A stretch of DNA of 64,000 bases, from positions 13,081,404-13,145,403 of the forward strand of contig NC_068988.1 of NCBI RefSeq assembly GCF_001194135.2. Direction: 5' to 3'. A program made the translations under genes and the position numbers. The DNA is from Octopus bimaculoides. Lineage: Eukaryota. This document shows positions 1 to 11,480 of the stretch, piece after piece (position 1 is the stretch's first letter; every line of letters begins with the position of its first letter). The notes beneath the pieces were generated by a model that did not search any database, was not told where the DNA came from, and was given only the letters and a program-made list of their open reading frames with translations.

Positions 1-180
1 ATATACACACATATACATATATACGACAGGCTATTTTCAGTTTCCGTCTACCAAATTCACTCACAAGGCTTTGGTCGGCCCGTGGCTATAGTAAAAGACA
101 TTTGCCCAAGTTGCCACGCAGTGGGACTGAACCCGGAACCATGTGATTCGTAAGCAAGCTACTTACCACACAGCTACCTC
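1..180 (-). mobile_element. tRNA-derived SINE (family S1), head portion, CpG-intact copy
   Basis: Reverse complement reads ...gctgtgtggtaagtagcttgcttacgaatcacatggttccgggttcagtcccactgcgtggcaacttgggcaaatg..., with tRNA A/B-box-like head, followed by the shared body ...gccttgtgagtgaatttggtagacggaaactgaaa; many homologous copies in the window. Confidence 0.85.
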
Positions 181-354
181 AATCCGTCTGAGGTGCACCT
201 GGATATATGTGATGTTTCCTGAAGTCGATGGGTGTTTCAGGTCTTTGAACAATCAGATACACTCACTCAGGCAACGTAGCCTAGTGTCAAACCCCCGATC
301 GTGTCCAGTTAGCACTACTCTATTCTGGGCTCACACCTCTTCAATCACAATAAT

Positions 355-604
355 AATAATAACAATCGTAATCTTTTCTACTCTAGGCACAAAACCCGAA
401 ATTTTGGGGGAGGGGCCCAGTCGATAAGATGGACTTCAGTACGCAACTGGTACTTAATTTATCGACCCCGAAAAATTAAAAGGCTAAGTAGACCCCGGCG
501 GAATTGGAACTCACAACGTAAAGAGTTCAAATTCCGCCGGGGTCTACTTTGTCTTTCATCCTTTCGGGGTAGGTAAATTAAGTACCAGTGGCGTACTGGA
601 GTCG

Positions 605-635
<31 letters not shown>
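355..635. mobile_element. Two SINE family S2 fragments in inverted orientation
   Basis: Core gagttcaaattccgcc...ctttcatcctttcgggg...aattaagtaccag at 523-598 (+) and its reverse complement at 437-512; (AAT)n tails on both outer sides. Confidence 0.85.
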
Positions 636-929
636 GCATTCCTACCAACATAGTTTAATGACCAATTCACCAAAGTTTTATGTATCTATTTTTTCTACAT
701 TTTAAGTCTGTCAAATGGTCATATTGTTGGAATAAAATGATTATCATATATTATAATTTTCGTATGTCTTTTCGACCTCTTGTCCATTTGGTTTCTTGGT
801 TTCGGCAAAATTGCATTCGACACCCTGTGCGTGTACCGTTTATATATACATGGCAGGACCTTGTTTTTAGTATTTTGCAAGAAAGTTAACTGGCAACACT
901 CAAGAAATAAAAATGGAAAAACGAAGTGA

Positions 930-1210
930 ATAAAGTACTAGTCAAGAACTTGGGTTCGATGGTATTAACTAACCCTCCCCTCAAAAGTACTGGTCTTGTG
1001 GTTAAACCAGAAACAGTTTCGGACAAGAAAAGAATGCATGTCGACATTTCTTCTGGCTTTACGTTTTGAGTTCAAATCCCACCGAAGTCGACATTGTCTT
1101 TTTTTTTTTTCCTGGGTCGATAAAATAAGTAGCAGTTGAACACTGGAGGTCGATGTAATCAACTTACCCTCCCCTAATATTACTGGTCTTGTGTCAAAAT
1201 TTGAAACACT
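930..1210 (+). mobile_element. SINE family S2, one decayed copy preceded by a tail fragment
   Basis: gagttcaaatcccaccgaagtcgac...gggtcgataaaataagtagcag...ggtcttgtgtcaaaatttgaaac matches the other S2 copies. Confidence 0.7.
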
Positions 1211-2679
1211 TTTTAAAAAAAATTCTTGATCGAATTGATGAATATTGATGTCTGTTCAAATTTTGTCGACATTTAATTAAACTGAATAGTTACTGGAGCG
1301 AGAAGGAATCTTTCATTTTTAGCTAGCAAGCTTATATAAACAGAACATTTCCCCTTCCCTTGTTCCTCATTAGAATAGACATATATAAACTGACAGGAAA
1401 CTAATTATTTCAGTTTCAGAATAGCTTCTCTGTAAACTACATCTGGCGGCAAGTATTAATGTATTTTAGGTATTTTTCTACACGGCTCAGCGAATCTTGT
1501 TCCATTTCATCCGACCACTTAAAGTAATTCACATTTTCACGGGATTCTTTTTCAAATTTTCTATATTGATGTAACTTTTTTATTATTAATTTCTGCGGAG
1601 GGGGTGGGGCGAATGCAATTTCCATCCTCAGCATGCAAAATTACATGCTTCTGAAAATAATGACGAAATTTGAAATACTTCGGAGTGGTTGGAAGAAATT
1701 TGACAAGATCCGCCGACTCAGCCAAGAATTATAAAGAAACGTATTTAGCTGTTTTGTTTTTGAAGGTATTTCAGCATTAATTACACGTATGTTCCCCCTC
1801 ATATGACCCCCTATTATGAAAAATTCTTGAAATTTTTTTGCTCAACTGAAATTGTCTTTTACTTGGAACATGTTGTCAGCTTTCTTTGAAACCTTTCATT
1901 TCAGATTGACAAAAGCCAATACATTTTAATTGCTTCAGGGAAAAGCTAGAGGAAACAGCATTTTAGCGTTGTTCGATTCTTTTTAATCAAAGCAATTTCC
2001 TTCCATTGAATTGATTCAAACAAACTTCATTGTAACTCTTTTAAGAGTCAGTGATGAGTCTACATGACTGATGATGTATTCATTTAACTTTCTGGAATGT
2101 TTATTTTTACATATTATATGTTATTATAAACAACGCATTTATAGATTTTCTCATTACTTGTCACTTATATAATCAGATTAATAATAACGCCATTAAATGA
2201 CAATTATGCTTCATTCTCTCTATTCTGGCTGTATCATTTTCCAATTACTTCAGGCGTAATTCGAAGCAATTTGCTATTTCTACTAGCACTAAATGTTACT
2301 CTGGTTCTTGCTATTTTCTATTTTTAAGTTTAAACTATAAACATATTTGGGGGCATCGCGTCTATTGCAGTAGTTCTTAAACGGTATATCGGAAGTAACA
2401 TCAAGTGCACCGTGGGTTATTAATATAATTTAAGATTTCAGAAAATCCATATCGATGCTTCAATGACTTGAAAAACGAGTTATGCATAATTTTGTTTACA
2501 CGCAAATCTGATTTAATAAAGCCAGGTTAGCATATGAACAATTATCACCACCCCAGGTGTTGTCACCTGAAGATTCGCTAAAGAATTGGCATCTTGCCAA
2601 AATCTTGGGTGACAATTCGATAAATATACAGTTTAAGTCCGGGTCACGAAAAAAAAACAACAAAAAACCAGCCTACTAG

Positions 2680-3260
2680 ATGTAAAAAAATGTGTAGAAA
2701 ACGAATATGAAAACAAAAATTTGCGCAAACGGGTGGATGAGTAGGAAGAGGACTTTCGGAAAATTCACAAGATCCGATTTTTCCCTTATAACTTTCAGGA
2801 AAATGGATATATATCAATGAAATTTTATAGAAATACCGTTCAAATGACACAAATTACGATTATAAAGAAGGTGTAAAAAAAAAAAAAAAAGCGTTTAGAA
2901 AACGGATATGAAAAAAATTTGCGCAAACATACATGTACATACCTTCGTTTTGGTTGGTAATTATTTTACAGTAACGATTCGAAAGAGGACGGTATAACTT
3001 GGCTGCCTCTCTCCCCACCCCTTCAGAAAGCATTTTCCCCACAAATTTCTTTATAATCATAATCTATGCTGTTTGAAAGGTGTTTCTGTAAAATGTCATT
3101 AAAAGATATCCATTTTCCTGAAAGTTAAGAGGGAAAAAAAATGGATTGAGTGAATTTTCTGAAATCCTCTCCTCACCCCTTGCGGGAAACATTTTCCCCA
3201 GAATTTTCTTTATAATCATAATTTGTGCCATTTGAACGGTATTTCTATAAAATTTCAACA
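2680..3260. repeat. Complex direct plus inverted repeat (fold-back-like element)
   Basis: 2818-2868 is the reverse complement of about 3207-3257; 2779-2868 is also inverted against about 3047-3138; 2687-2730 and 2885-2928 are direct repeats. Confidence 0.75.
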
Positions 3261-3326
3261 ATGTTATATAAGTATATATTTATACTTATATAACATTGTT
3301 ATATAAGAATAAATACATTATAAACA

Positions 3327-3602
3327 GGATATGGCACTTTGGTCTAAACCACTTTAGTCTAAGACATTTTGGTCTAAAAGCATTTTCGTCTAAAGGCAAA
3401 AAGGACTATTAGAGTATAGTTATTCAGATCTTTTACATTTTTTTTTTTTTAGATTGTTGACAAAATAGTTATTAGACCAAAGTGAGTTTAGACAAAAATG
3501 TCTTTAGACTATAGTATATTTATACAAAAGTCACCTTTGACCAAAGTTCTTTAGACCATAGTGCATTGGACCGAAGTGTAAAAGACAAAAAGTCCTAGAT
3601 CC
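3327..3602. mobile_element. Non-autonomous Mutator/foldback-type MITE with 15-bp subterminal repeats
   Basis: GGAT...ATCC termini; left arm has 4 units like cactttggtctaaac, right arm about 8 inverted units like ttagaccaaagtg; flanks TTATAAACA (3318-3326) and TTATAAACT (3603-3611) form a 9-bp TSD with one mismatch. Confidence 0.8.
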
Positions 3603-4130
3603 TTATAAACTGATCTGATACCTGTTGCGTGCTTGTTTATGCTTTTATATAATCTGGGTTTCTCAATTTTTAGCTTAAAAAAACAAAAAATTGCTTTACA
3701 AAGAGCTCCAGTAATTTTTGAATATGATCTTCATTGCACCATGAAGTTAAAAAGATTGAAAAACCCTCGTCTATTGTGTATTGAATGTCCTAATTATAAA
3801 TTGATCTTAGCACCTCCCATCTCAATGAATTCAGAACATTTCAATCTACATTCCATTAAAGTCTTAGTGAATTAGATGTTGGGAATATCAGGCAAATATT
3901 GATTTTAAACTTAGAGGGGGGGGGGGGGGGGGAAAGATTGTGTGAGCGTCATTTTTTTTTTTTTCATAAATATTAGAATCCTTAGTGAAGTGAATTTGCA
4001 TTAATTGGGAATTGTAATTCACTTGTCGCTTTAGCTTGCTGTATGCTCAGTGTTTCATGAAGATCATGGATTGAGCCTTTACAGTCGTTTGAATTGCTAG
4101 AAATAGTAGCCAAATACCCCTTAAATTACT

Positions 4131-5185
4131 CATCATCATCATCATCGTTTAACGTCCACTTTCCATGCTGGCATGGGTTGGATGGTTTGAATCAGGGCTG
4201 GCAAGCTGGGATGTTGCAACAGGCTGCAATCTGATCTAGCAAGGTTTCTACAGCTGGATGCCCTTCCTAATGCCAACCACTCCAAGAGTGTAGTGGGTGC
4301 TTTTTACATGCCACTGGCATGGGAGCCAGTCAGGTAGCACTGGCATCGATCATGCTTGAATGGTGCTTTTTATGTGCCACCAGCATGGGAGTCAGTCAGG
4401 CATAGCTCTGGCATCAGTCATGCTTGAATGGTGGTTTTTATGTGCCACTGGTATGGGTGCCAGTCAGGTGGCATTGGCATTAGTCATGCTCAAATGGTGC
4501 TTTTTACATGTATCAGCCATGTTCGAATGGTGCTTTTTACATGACAGTGGCACAAGTGCCAGTCAGGTGGCACTGGCATTGGCCACAACTATGATTTCAT
4601 TTGGTTAAACAGGTCTTCACAAGCATGGCATATTGCCTGATGATTGAAGGGTGCTTTTAAATGGGCCAGTTATGCAAGTGGCATCAGCTATGGCTATGAT
4701 CTCACTTGGATCTTCTCAAGCACAGCATATCTCCATAGGTCTTGGTCACTTGCCATTGCCTCTCTGAGGTCCAATGTTCAAAGGTCATGCTTCACCACCT
4801 CGTCCCATGTCTTCCTGGGTCTACCTCTTCCACAGGTTCCCTCCACTGTTAGGGTGTGACACTTCTTCATACAGTTGTCCTCATCCATACACAACACATG
4901 ACCATACCAGTGCAGTTGTCTCTCTTGCACAGCACATCTGATGCTTCTTATGTCCAATTTTTTTCTCAGGGTGCTTACACTCTGTAATGTATGCACACTG
5001 ACATTACACATCCAGCAGAGCACACTAGCTTCATTTCTTTCAAGCCTACGCATGTCCTCAGCAGTCACAGCCCATATTTCACTGCAGTGTAGCATGGCAT
5101 TTCACACAGTCTGCCTATCACTCTGAGCAAGAGGCACTTTGTTACCAGCAGAGGTAGGAGCTCTCTGAACACTGTTTTCTAGAAA
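4131..5185 (-). mobile_element. 5'-truncated RTE-clade LINE (RT C-terminus, 3' UTR, (GAT)n tail)
   Basis: ORF 4778-5095 reads SEIWAVTAEDMRRLERNEASVLCWMC...RQLHWYGHVLCM...GTCGRGRPRKTWDEVVKHDL, typical of the RTE RT end; tail ...catggaaagtggacgttaaacgatgatgatg. Confidence 0.92.
4293..4590. repeat. Tandem array of about 66-bp units inside the RTE 3' UTR (about 4.5 copies)
   Basis: Repeating unit tggtgctttttatgtgccac..gcatgggagccagtcagg..gcactggcat...catgcttgaa. Confidence 0.85.
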
Positions 5186-5694
5186 GAAAAAAAAGCAATG
5201 GTTGTAGAAGAAATATTTTAGATCAGAAGTCCGCTCAATCATGGTTGATGTGAGGGTAGCTAAACAGTAATTATTGAGTTTGTCTCTGTATGTTCCATAG
5301 AATTTACTTAAAAAAAAAAAGAACAAAAAAACAAAAAAAAAAAAAACACAAATGCAACTTGTTTTCTACTTTACAAACAATGGGAACTTCTTTTCAACTT
5401 AACACCAATGTGGAATTGGTAAACTTGTTCTATGTACAGTATTCTAAAGTAGTGCTTGTCTTCTTTTCTATTATTAATATTTATGCAAGTACTGTACATG
5501 ATAGGTGTGATTAAAATGTGCTGGTTTCCATCTGCATAAGTTTATTGTTCCTCTTGGATAATGTCAATGAACCGCGAAGAATTATAACATGTCTGAGGGT
5601 TTGAACTTACTTCTGGTATTGAATTATACTCTTGTTTATTATTCATGGCCTTGGCCAAATGAATTACTATTATTGATTTATTTCATTATCATAG

Positions 5695-5735
5695 GCACAA
5701 ATTGACGGCGAAGATTTGCAGCTCTTAATAGTCAG
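5695..5735 (+). CDS. Candidate short internal exon (AQIDGEDLQLLIV)
   Basis: tttatttcattatcatag acceptor and CAG|GTAAC donor; only one frame is open; CpGs retained in a CpG-poor context. No homology recognised. Confidence 0.2.
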
Positions 5736-6726
5736 GTAACAAATACCAAAATGGAGTCTAAATAAACACTTAAATCTTGATGATGTTGAAGAAGCAACTG
5801 CATGACTAGTACTGTTTAACTCAAACCTACTTATAAATGACGCTAAGCCTGAACTGGTTTAGCCAAAATTCTTTGTATTAAGTTAACGTCAGTGCAATCC
5901 ACAAACTGAAAGATGTCATATCTGACAATCCAAGATTCTTCAATTGACGACTTAGTGTACTTTTGAAAAATAAAACTTAGATTTATCTAAGACAGGATAA
6001 AATTTTTACCAAAGTCTTAATGTGCATACTTCTTTAAGTGAATTCTCTGCAATCAGAATTGACCCAGAAGCAGTATATGAAATTTGTTTTTAATCAATGA
6101 AATCCTTTAAACTCAAATAAAAATTCTTAATTGACTAAGAACTTCAACTAAAGTGTCCATTCTTAGATGTCTTGACCTTGTTGTAATAAGGTAGTCAGCC
6201 TGAATGTTTGCTCTTGAATAAGTACTACAGCCAAGATATAATACAGAAGTATTTTACACTACTAGTGAGTCCTCGCATTAAGGAAAGTTTATCTTGCAAG
6301 TAACAGCAGAAACATAAAAAATCATGACATTTTTTAGATCATTATAGCCTTCTAGCTCCTGTTCTGCATATAGGAAGAAATTGTAAATTTGTCCATTTCA
6401 GCAAATTTTGCATGTGAAAAACCACTGTATTTTACCTAGTCTCTCTGTAATATTAATCTTTAGATGATGAATCCTAAACTGTCTGATGTAAAAAGGAAGT
6501 AATTTTGAATATTAATTGTCCAAGAAATGGTATCAAGTTAAGTGTGCATTGAATGTTTATTCAGTTCAAATGCAATTAGATATTGGTGCAACAAATTTCA
6601 TCATTCTAACTTCACTGTTAACAAGGTTATCATTAATAATTAAACCTGCTTTCAGTAGACATTTAACTTCTAATGACGATCCTAAGTTAGAGGTAATTGG
6701 TAATACAACTGCTTTGCTTGGCTTAG

Positions 6727-6923
6727 AATAATAATAATAATCCTTTCTACTATAGGAGGAGACTAGTCAATTAGATTGATCCCTGTGCTCAACTGGTATT
6801 TAATTTATTAACCCTGAAAGGATGAAAGCCTCGGTGGAATTTGAACTCAGAATGTAACAATGAACAAAATGCTGCTAAGCATTTTGCCTAGTGTGCTAAC
6901 GATTCTACCAGCTTGCCACCTTA
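6727..6923 (-). mobile_element. SINE family S2, CpG-decayed
   Basis: Reverse complement of aaggtggcaagctggtagaatcgttagcac...gagttcaaattccacc...; (AAT)n tail. Confidence 0.8.
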
Positions 6924-8384
6924 ATGATAATAATAATAATAATAATATTAATAATGATAAATAATAATAAAAACACACAGTTCAGCTTTGTTGTGGTTAC
7001 TATTCCTTTATAATTTCAAATTAAAAGGTACAGATGCTCAGAATGTTATTTTCTTCTATTTACCATTAATAAAAGACTATAATGCAAAATGAACTTCAAA
7101 AGTTTCAAGTGAGGGGAATTATAACTCTATATCCATAAAATGATCAACAATGTATCAATTATTTAGATGCAAAAAAAAAATGTTGAAATAAGAATGTGTG
7201 CTAATTACAAAGTACATTTAAATAATGAGATTCATATTTTTTCTCATTTTGAAACTATGTTCACTGATATGCAAAAGGCAAAGTTTTTTCCTCGCCTGTT
7301 GGTGGCAGATTATTTTGAATCAAGACTCTGAGAGATTGTGTTTGGTAAATACAAGCAATGATAAATACTTTGCTAATAAACTTCAGCTGGTCTCAAAGAC
7401 AGCAGCTTCATGTTCCAATATTGTATGGAGTCTATACCGAAGGGAATCAATAGCATAATTATCAAGATGAAATACTTATCTTTGCATTAGAATTGAAAAA
7501 TCAAGAATCTAGCAGTTATTGCTAGACTGGAAGGAGCCAGTGTATCCATTAATCCAAATAAACACACTGAAATGCATTGATCATTCATCTTCTACAAATT
7601 TCCTAGGAATGAATATTCTCAAAGAATGCGATCAAACCATCATATAGCCTAATAAACAAAATTCAGCAAATTACTGCTCCTAAATCAAAAGAATATATTG
7701 AGAAATATTTGGGGGGTTGATAAACTATATTCACTGATTTATACCAAATACTGGTTTATATTGAAATCTTGTGGCTAAGAGGAATGTCTTTATTTGGGGA
7801 ATGTATTAAGAGCAGACCATTGAAAAGACAACTTACAAAATGTCATGTTTAGGCAAGTTTTTATTGACTGTAAAATAACTTTCACTGAGAATTCTCTTGA
7901 ATTTGTAGTTGTAAAAACATCTCAAAATGGAAAGCTTACTCTATAAGTTAGTAATACATCTAATTACTCATGTAAGTCTTTGGCATCTAGGCCATCGACT
8001 TTTCTCCATTGTTGACTCTGGGCTGTCTTTTCCTCTTCTAGACCTTGTTGGTTTTGAATTGTCATTGATGTGTCTTTAACTTTGCTTTTTTTTTTTTTTT
8101 GGTAGGGGTTTGTGTATTGGGTCAACACAAACCAATTTATACTACTGGTAAGAGCTGGTCCACATTAGTCTGGCCTCTATCCTTTGACATGTCCAGCATA
8201 GAAGTCCCTACCAGGATCTTGCATTTTGCTGGCATAGCTGTGAGGGTCATTGTGGCACTGACAATAAGGGTTGTTTGTGGTCTTTGTATAAGTGGCATTT
8301 GGGTTGAGATTTGGTGAAAGTTTTTTTTCATGCAAGGCAGATGTTAGCTCAGTCATCACCATCATCATCATCATCATCATTATT

Positions 8385-8589
8385 AAGGTGGCAAGCTGGC
8401 AGAATTGTCAGCACGCTGGACAAAATGCTTAGCAACATTTCATATCTTTTGGGTTCAAATTCCACTGAGGTTGACTTTGCCATTCATCCTTTTGGGGTCA
8501 ATAGATTAAGTACCAGTGAAACACTGGGTTTGATGTCCCCTTCCCCAAAATTTCAGACCTTGTGCCTTTAGTAGAAAGGATCATCATCA

Positions 8590-8623
<34 letters not shown>

Positions 8624-8625
8624 CA
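8385..8625 (+). mobile_element. SINE family S2
   Basis: aaggtggcaagctggcagaattgtcagcacgctggacaaaatgcttagc...gggttcaaattccactgaggttgactttgcc...ccttgtgcctttagtagaaagg followed by (CAT)/(TAT)n. Confidence 0.85.
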
Positions 8626-9344
8626 TTCAACATCTGTTTTCCATGCTGGCTGTATATCATTTCATTGCATTTATTGCATATAAAGTTCTTTGCAGAGCAT
8701 TTTTCATCTTTTCTATGTCAAAACACTATTCTTGAATGCTGCAACTATAGAAGCCTTGGCTGCTGAATGTGTAGATAAGTTTAACATCATTGATAGCTAA
8801 TTCTGTTATTGTCATCTTCTATGGAATCTTGAGAACTTTTGAGAAAGCATTGTCTAAAAGTATGTGACTGTGTGTCTGAGATAAATGCTGACCAACAAAA
8901 GGAGTTGGTCCTTATGTTGGTCGGCAGCAGGGAAATAAGTGTAGTATTTCATTGTGAGAAGTTGGAGATTATCCATGAAAGAGTCACTGCTTTCCTTTTT
9001 GGCTTGTTTTCATAAACTGAGTTTGTGATGCATCATTGTAGCAAATGTTTTCTGAAAGCAATTTGCCTAAAGTCTATTAATTGCAATATAGTACAATCAT
9101 GTACTATAGGAAGGCAGCTGAACCACAAAAAAAACAAAAACAAACTAGGACTTCCAGTTTGTTATTTTTAGAAGTTTCTGTCTTTCACATAAAAATCTCC
9201 ATTCTTTTAATATTAATGCAGCTGCAACAACTTGTAGAATAAGTGAATTAAACTTTAACATGTTAGAAATGTAGAAAAGGATATATATAGAGATAACAAT
9301 AAAATTATACATACCAAGCTTTTTTATGTACCACCAAAAAGAGT

Positions 9345-9800
9345 GGGAGAGTGGCAGAATAGTTGGCATGTCAGCAGAAATACTTTATGGTATATCTACC
9401 AGCTCACTACATTCTGAGTTCAAATCCCATTTACCTAGAGAAGGTAATGGGAAGCCACTCCAAAATTCATCCCAAGTTTAGTCGTGGTAGTTGAAGTTCC
9501 AGAAATTTACTTAATGACAGCAGGGGAAGGTATGATCCCTATCAGGTCTTTTAGGGGGTACTGGAGAAGGTTCACATGTACAGGACTTGCCCAAGAGTAG
9601 ACCACCACTAGACTAGACCACATCAAAGGTAGCCCTCATCTGGCCAGAGTGGTACGATATTTCAAACTAATCAAACAGAATGGCTTGTGGGTAGGGGAGG
9701 CAGTCAGACAGACATCAACTTGCTACTATTCTGACTAGGCCAAGAGAGGACATAAAGAACAACAGCTGCCTAGTGAAAGAGATTCTTTTAAGTTTGCCTT
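9345..9800 (+). mobile_element. Truncated S2 head joined to a probable RTE/BovB-like fragment
   Basis: S2-like head to about 9430, then gagaaggtaatgggaagccactcca, which resembles the BovB/RTE terminal motif ggagaaggaaatggcaacccactcca. Confidence 0.35.
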
Positions 9801-9889
9801 CCAGAATATTGATCTGTGATTGGTTAATGGATCTAGTGAAGAAATGAGGAAATATCAAAATGTCACCTGTCATACCAAAATGTCACCAG

Positions 9890-10150
9890 TCTCTTTTGCC
9901 AAACTGCTAAGTTATGGGGCACATAAACCAACCAAGATTGATTGTCAAGCAGTGATGGGTGACAAACACTTGCACACACACACCTGATGGACTTCTTTCG
10001 GTTTCTGTCTACTCAATCTGTTCAGAAGGCTTTGGTTGGCCTGAGGCTATAGTAAAAAGCAATTGCTCATGATACAACACAGTGGCACTGAACACAGAAC
10101 TATGTGATTGGGAAGCAAACTTCTTACTACATGATCATGCTGGCACCTGT
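9890..10150 (-). mobile_element. SINE family S1, heavily CpG-decayed
   Basis: gtctcttttgccaaactgctaagttatgggg...cacacacac...ggctttggttggcctgaggctatagta...cttcttactaca. Confidence 0.75.
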
Positions 10151-10484
10151 GTACTATACCTTAGAAAAAGATGGGGTAGTCATGGCTAGAACATCTTTGT
10201 ACATAGGTCTGTTCAAATGAGGATGACCTGTGGCTCTACATGAAGCTATTGTTTCAGAATATAGATAATTGTAAATAATTAGGCAGGCGATTTTTTTTTT
10301 GTTACTATGACAAAACTGGTTTTCTTTTTCTGTTAGGAACTGATGTCTTCTGTTGATAAGATAACATGGAAACTTGCTTTGATAACTCTTTAATTCTCAT
10401 TGTTCTCAAAGGAGATAATTAAAAAAAAAGAGAAAAACAAAAAGCAATTCTAATTGGGAAAGTAATAAGTGATTACACCTCCCC

Positions 10485-10532
<48 letters not shown>

Positions 10533-11059
10533 CATGTCAGATTCAGCAAATTTAGCAATCTCCGAAAGTTAATTGAAAAGACTTAAGGTAATGGCTTTAA
10601 TAATAAATAAATAAATAAATTGATTATTGTTCTGGAAATTTCATTTCATGCCATTGACCAAACTAGATGCATTCTCAACTTGAATCAGAATTATACACAA
10701 GAACAGTTTTATTTAAAGCATCTACCACATAGAACATGTTTGTACATGAATAAGTCTAAAGGTATTATTAGTACTGCTTTAATTACATACACAGCATTAC
10801 TTAATTAGCCAGAAGAAAGTGATAAAGGGAAGAAGATTATGATTGTGACCAACTTCTCAGACTTTGATGTGTTGCAGTGTAGCATTAAATAAAACTTGAG
10901 TAACCTTATTCAGTTTATTAAACTGTGATAGTAAGAGCTCCACTGTCATTATACATTTCTTCTCGCTTGTCACTGGTGTTTGATTAAAAAAGCAAACCAC
11001 TGTGCTAGATGAATTGGCGATAAATGAATAACACTTAAAAATTTTTTTTTGTCTTTGGT

Positions 11060-11480
11060 CAGTAAGTGTTATTTCTTCTTTGCTTCTATCTAGAAATCAA
11101 AGGTAATGACTACTATTTCCTTCAAACTTTGCTTTTGCGACCTGGACATCAATGTTTTGAAACTGACCTATTTTCCATTACATTTCAGACAGATTCAGCA
11201 CTGAGTCGCTGAGGCAGAAATATCATTATAGGAAATATTCTGCTTAACAGCACAGATTTGCTTGACCATAACCACTTGAGCATATCCCTTAGTGGTTGAC
11301 AATATGTACATCTCTAATCATGAGCAGGAGTAGAGGGGGAGCATCATAGCCATGTGTTGAAAGGAATTCTTTGGGGTTTGAATAAATGTAGTAAAAGCAA
11401 AGTTTGAAGGAAATATTGGACATTCTTCATACTTTCTAGGGATAAGCAAATAGGAAATAACAGTTGCTACCCAAGGATAA
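11060..11480. mobile_element. Probable non-autonomous DNA transposon with long imperfect TIRs
   Basis: 11114-11137 tatttccttcaaactttgcttttg is inverted against 11392-11415 (23/24); a second weaker inverted block lies outside it. Confidence 0.55.

Noticed and set aside
1437-1634. Possible MULE transposase remnant (KYLKYINTC)
   Set aside because: Only a few residues resemble the family; no catalytic motif is visible.
4293-4590. Regularly spaced repeats as a CRISPR-like array
   Set aside because: Whole units are repeated with no unique spacers, there are no cas genes, and the array lies inside a eukaryotic LINE UTR.
8106-8147. 42-nt exon-like segment with good acceptor and GTAAGA donor
   Set aside because: All three frames are open, none is recognisable, and the flanking sequence looks repeat-derived.
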